A DNA stretch of 32,000 nucleotides from Acaryochloris marina MBIC11017. GTDB taxonomy: Bacteria > Cyanobacteriota > Cyanobacteriia > Thermosynechococcales > Thermosynechococcaceae. The notes beneath the pieces were generated by a model. That model was given only the letters and a program-made list of their open reading frames with translations. It did no database searches and was not told where the DNA came from. Shown here piece by piece: positions 30,964-32,000 of the stretch. Position 1 is the first letter of the stretch. Every line of letters begins with the position of its first letter. Position numbers and translations under genes: made by a program. The stretch lies in contig NC_009926.1 of NCBI RefSeq assembly GCF_000018105.1, positions 342,162 to 374,161 on the forward strand, read 5' to 3'.

Positions 30964-30977
30964 AGATAACGTACCGC
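30964..30977 (-). promoter_or_regulatory. backbone box copy (GATAACGTACCGCC on +)
   Basis: 106 nt upstream of the coupling-protein ATG (30857). Confidence 0.45.
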
Positions 30978-31030
30978 CAGTTGAATTTTGAGTGGGCAGA
31001 AGCCACACCTCTATGAAAAGATATGCCAGA

Positions 31031-31360
31031 TTAACAACAATTCTTACCAGGGAGACAACAAGAGGCGATATCAGGGTGATTATCACAGCAATCATTCAGA
31101 AGAAAAGAAATCAGTCCACCAAGACATGCGAAGTCCGCTTTGTAGACAATATGTCGTGACTGACGTTCAGACGAAACAAGCCCTGCATTCTCAAGTTTGG
31201 ACAGATGAAATGACATTCGAGAAGAAGTGACCTCAACAGCCTTGCCAATCTCACCAGCAGCGGCACCCGCCTCGCCACACTGTACTAAGTATCGAATTAT
31301 GTCGAGCCGAGTTTCTTGAGATAGGGCGCTTATCGCTTTAAGCGCTTCAACCTGTTTCAT
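31031..31360 (-). CDS. ArsR/SmtB-family metalloregulator with a Cys-rich C-terminus
   Basis: Winged-HTH pattern ETRLDIIRYL...GEIGKAVEVTSSRMSFHLSKLENAGLVSSERQSRHIVY. C-terminal DCCDNHPDIASCCLPGKNCC. Confidence 0.85.
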   Translation of the reverse strand: MKQVEALKAISALSQETRLDIIRYLVQCGEAGAAAGEIGKAVEVTSSRMSFHLSKLENAGLVSSERQSRHIVYKADFACLGGLISFLLNDCCDNHPDIASCCLPGKNCC

Positions 31361-31362
31361 AT

Positions 31363-31386
31363 TTCAATATCTCTTGAAATATTGAA
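31363..31386. promoter_or_regulatory. inverted-repeat operator in the ArsR/GST divergent promoter region
   Basis: TTCAATAT (31363-31370) / ATATTGAA (31379-31386), with a nested TTCAA-N6-TTGAA. A perfect TATAAT lies at 31388-31393, facing the GST-like gene. Confidence 0.5.
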
Positions 31387-31454
31387 CTATAATCAATACG
31401 ATACCTCATCACTCAAATGAATCCTTGTGATGAGTATGATACAGGAGACTATCG

Positions 31455-32000
31455 ATGAAAATCGTCAGCTTCAAGATCTGCCCATTTGTTCAGCGAGTTA
31501 CAGCTTTATTGGAAGCCAAAGGCATTGACTACGACATTGAATATATTGATCTAAGCCATAAACCACAGTGGTTTTTGGATCTTTCTCCCAATGCACAAGT
31601 TCCCATCCTCATTACAGATGACGATGATGTACTTTTTGAATCTGACGCCATTGTGGAATTCCTTGATGAGGTTGTCGGAACACCGCTCTCGTCGGATAAC
31701 GCCGTTAAAAAGGCTCAAGACAGAGCATGGTCTTATTTGGCGACAAAGCACTACTTGGTTCAATGCAGCGCCCAACGAAGTCCAGATGCTAAAACGCTTG
31801 AGGAACGTTCCAAAAAGCTATCTAAAGCTTTTGGCAAAATCAAGGTACAGCTTGGAGAGAGTCGGTATATTAATGGTGATGACTTGAGTATGGTGGATAT
31901 TGCATGGCTACCATTACTTCATCGAGCCGCCATCATTGAACAATACTCTGGCTATGATTTTCTGGAGGAGTTTCCCAAGGTGAAACAGTGGCAACAACAT
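31455..32000 (+). CDS. glutathione S-transferase-like protein (partial, runs off the right edge)
   Basis: AGGAGA at 31443-31448 precedes ATG 31455. The frame is open for 182 codons to the window end. Thioredoxin-like N-domain MKIVSFKICPFVQRVTALLEAKGIDYDIEYIDL..KP.WFLDLSPNAQVPIL......LFESDAIVEFLDE. Confidence 0.8.
   Translation, partial: MKIVSFKICPFVQRVTALLEAKGIDYDIEYIDLSHKPQWFLDLSPNAQVPILITDDDDVLFESDAIVEFLDEVVGTPLSSDNAVKKAQDRAWSYLATKHYLVQCSAQRSPDAKTLEERSKKLSKAFGKIKVQLGESRYINGDDLSMVDIAWLPLLHRAAIIEQYSGYDFLEEFPKVKQWQQH

Noticed and set aside
1-32000. Search by eye for tRNA, rRNA, tmRNA, group II intron or reverse-transcriptase signatures.
   Set aside because: No T-loop-like GGTTCGAATCC-type sequences in a cloverleaf context were noticed, no rRNA-like conserved blocks, and no RT motifs in any long ORF. 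A covariance-model scan would be needed to be certain.

Overview
This 32-kb window reads as a mosaic cyanobacterial plasmid segment. The host signature is five copies of the HIP1 octamer GCGATCGC (about 0.5 expected by chance), all left of 16.6 kb. The left half (1-16 kb) is accessory cargo. It holds two paralogous ~160-aa genes flanking a DUF4259-like gene, and an HU pseudogene (in-frame TGA) butted tail-to-tail against a truncated stand-alone DUF4347 gene. A lone STAS gene and a Zn-ribbon gene sit in ~1.5 kb of repeat-rich non-coding DNA with orphan terminators. It also carries a double-receiver response regulator plus a hybrid histidine kinase, a 943-aa RTX calcium-binding-repeat protein, two unknown genes and an IS256-family element. 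The right half (16.6-31 kb) is plasmid backbone. It holds an actin-like ParM-type ATPase with a candidate ParR adaptor and helically phased AAATCCCC iterons, and a 1901-codon ORF combining MOBF relaxase, helicase, repeat linker and TOPRIM domain. It also holds a VirD4/TraG-type coupling-protein operon with three unknown partners, several small unknown genes, and an ArsR-family regulator divergent from a glutathione S-transferase-like gene. Three things stand out. (i) A complete Shine-Dalgarno-led 153-codon ORF is overprinted in the +1 frame on the relaxase linker, paralleling RSF1010 mobA/mobB/repB'. (ii) A 14-nt box (RRWAATRTRCCRCC on the + strand) occurs 13 times, always in one orientation and always upstream of minus-strand backbone genes; five copies form a 39-43-bp iteron array. 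(iii) No recognisable T4SS or Rep gene is present, so transfer and replication functions may reside in the uncharacterised genes and the TOPRIM domain. No rRNA, tRNA or CRISPR array was seen. All family assignments are by-eye motif recognition, not database searches.
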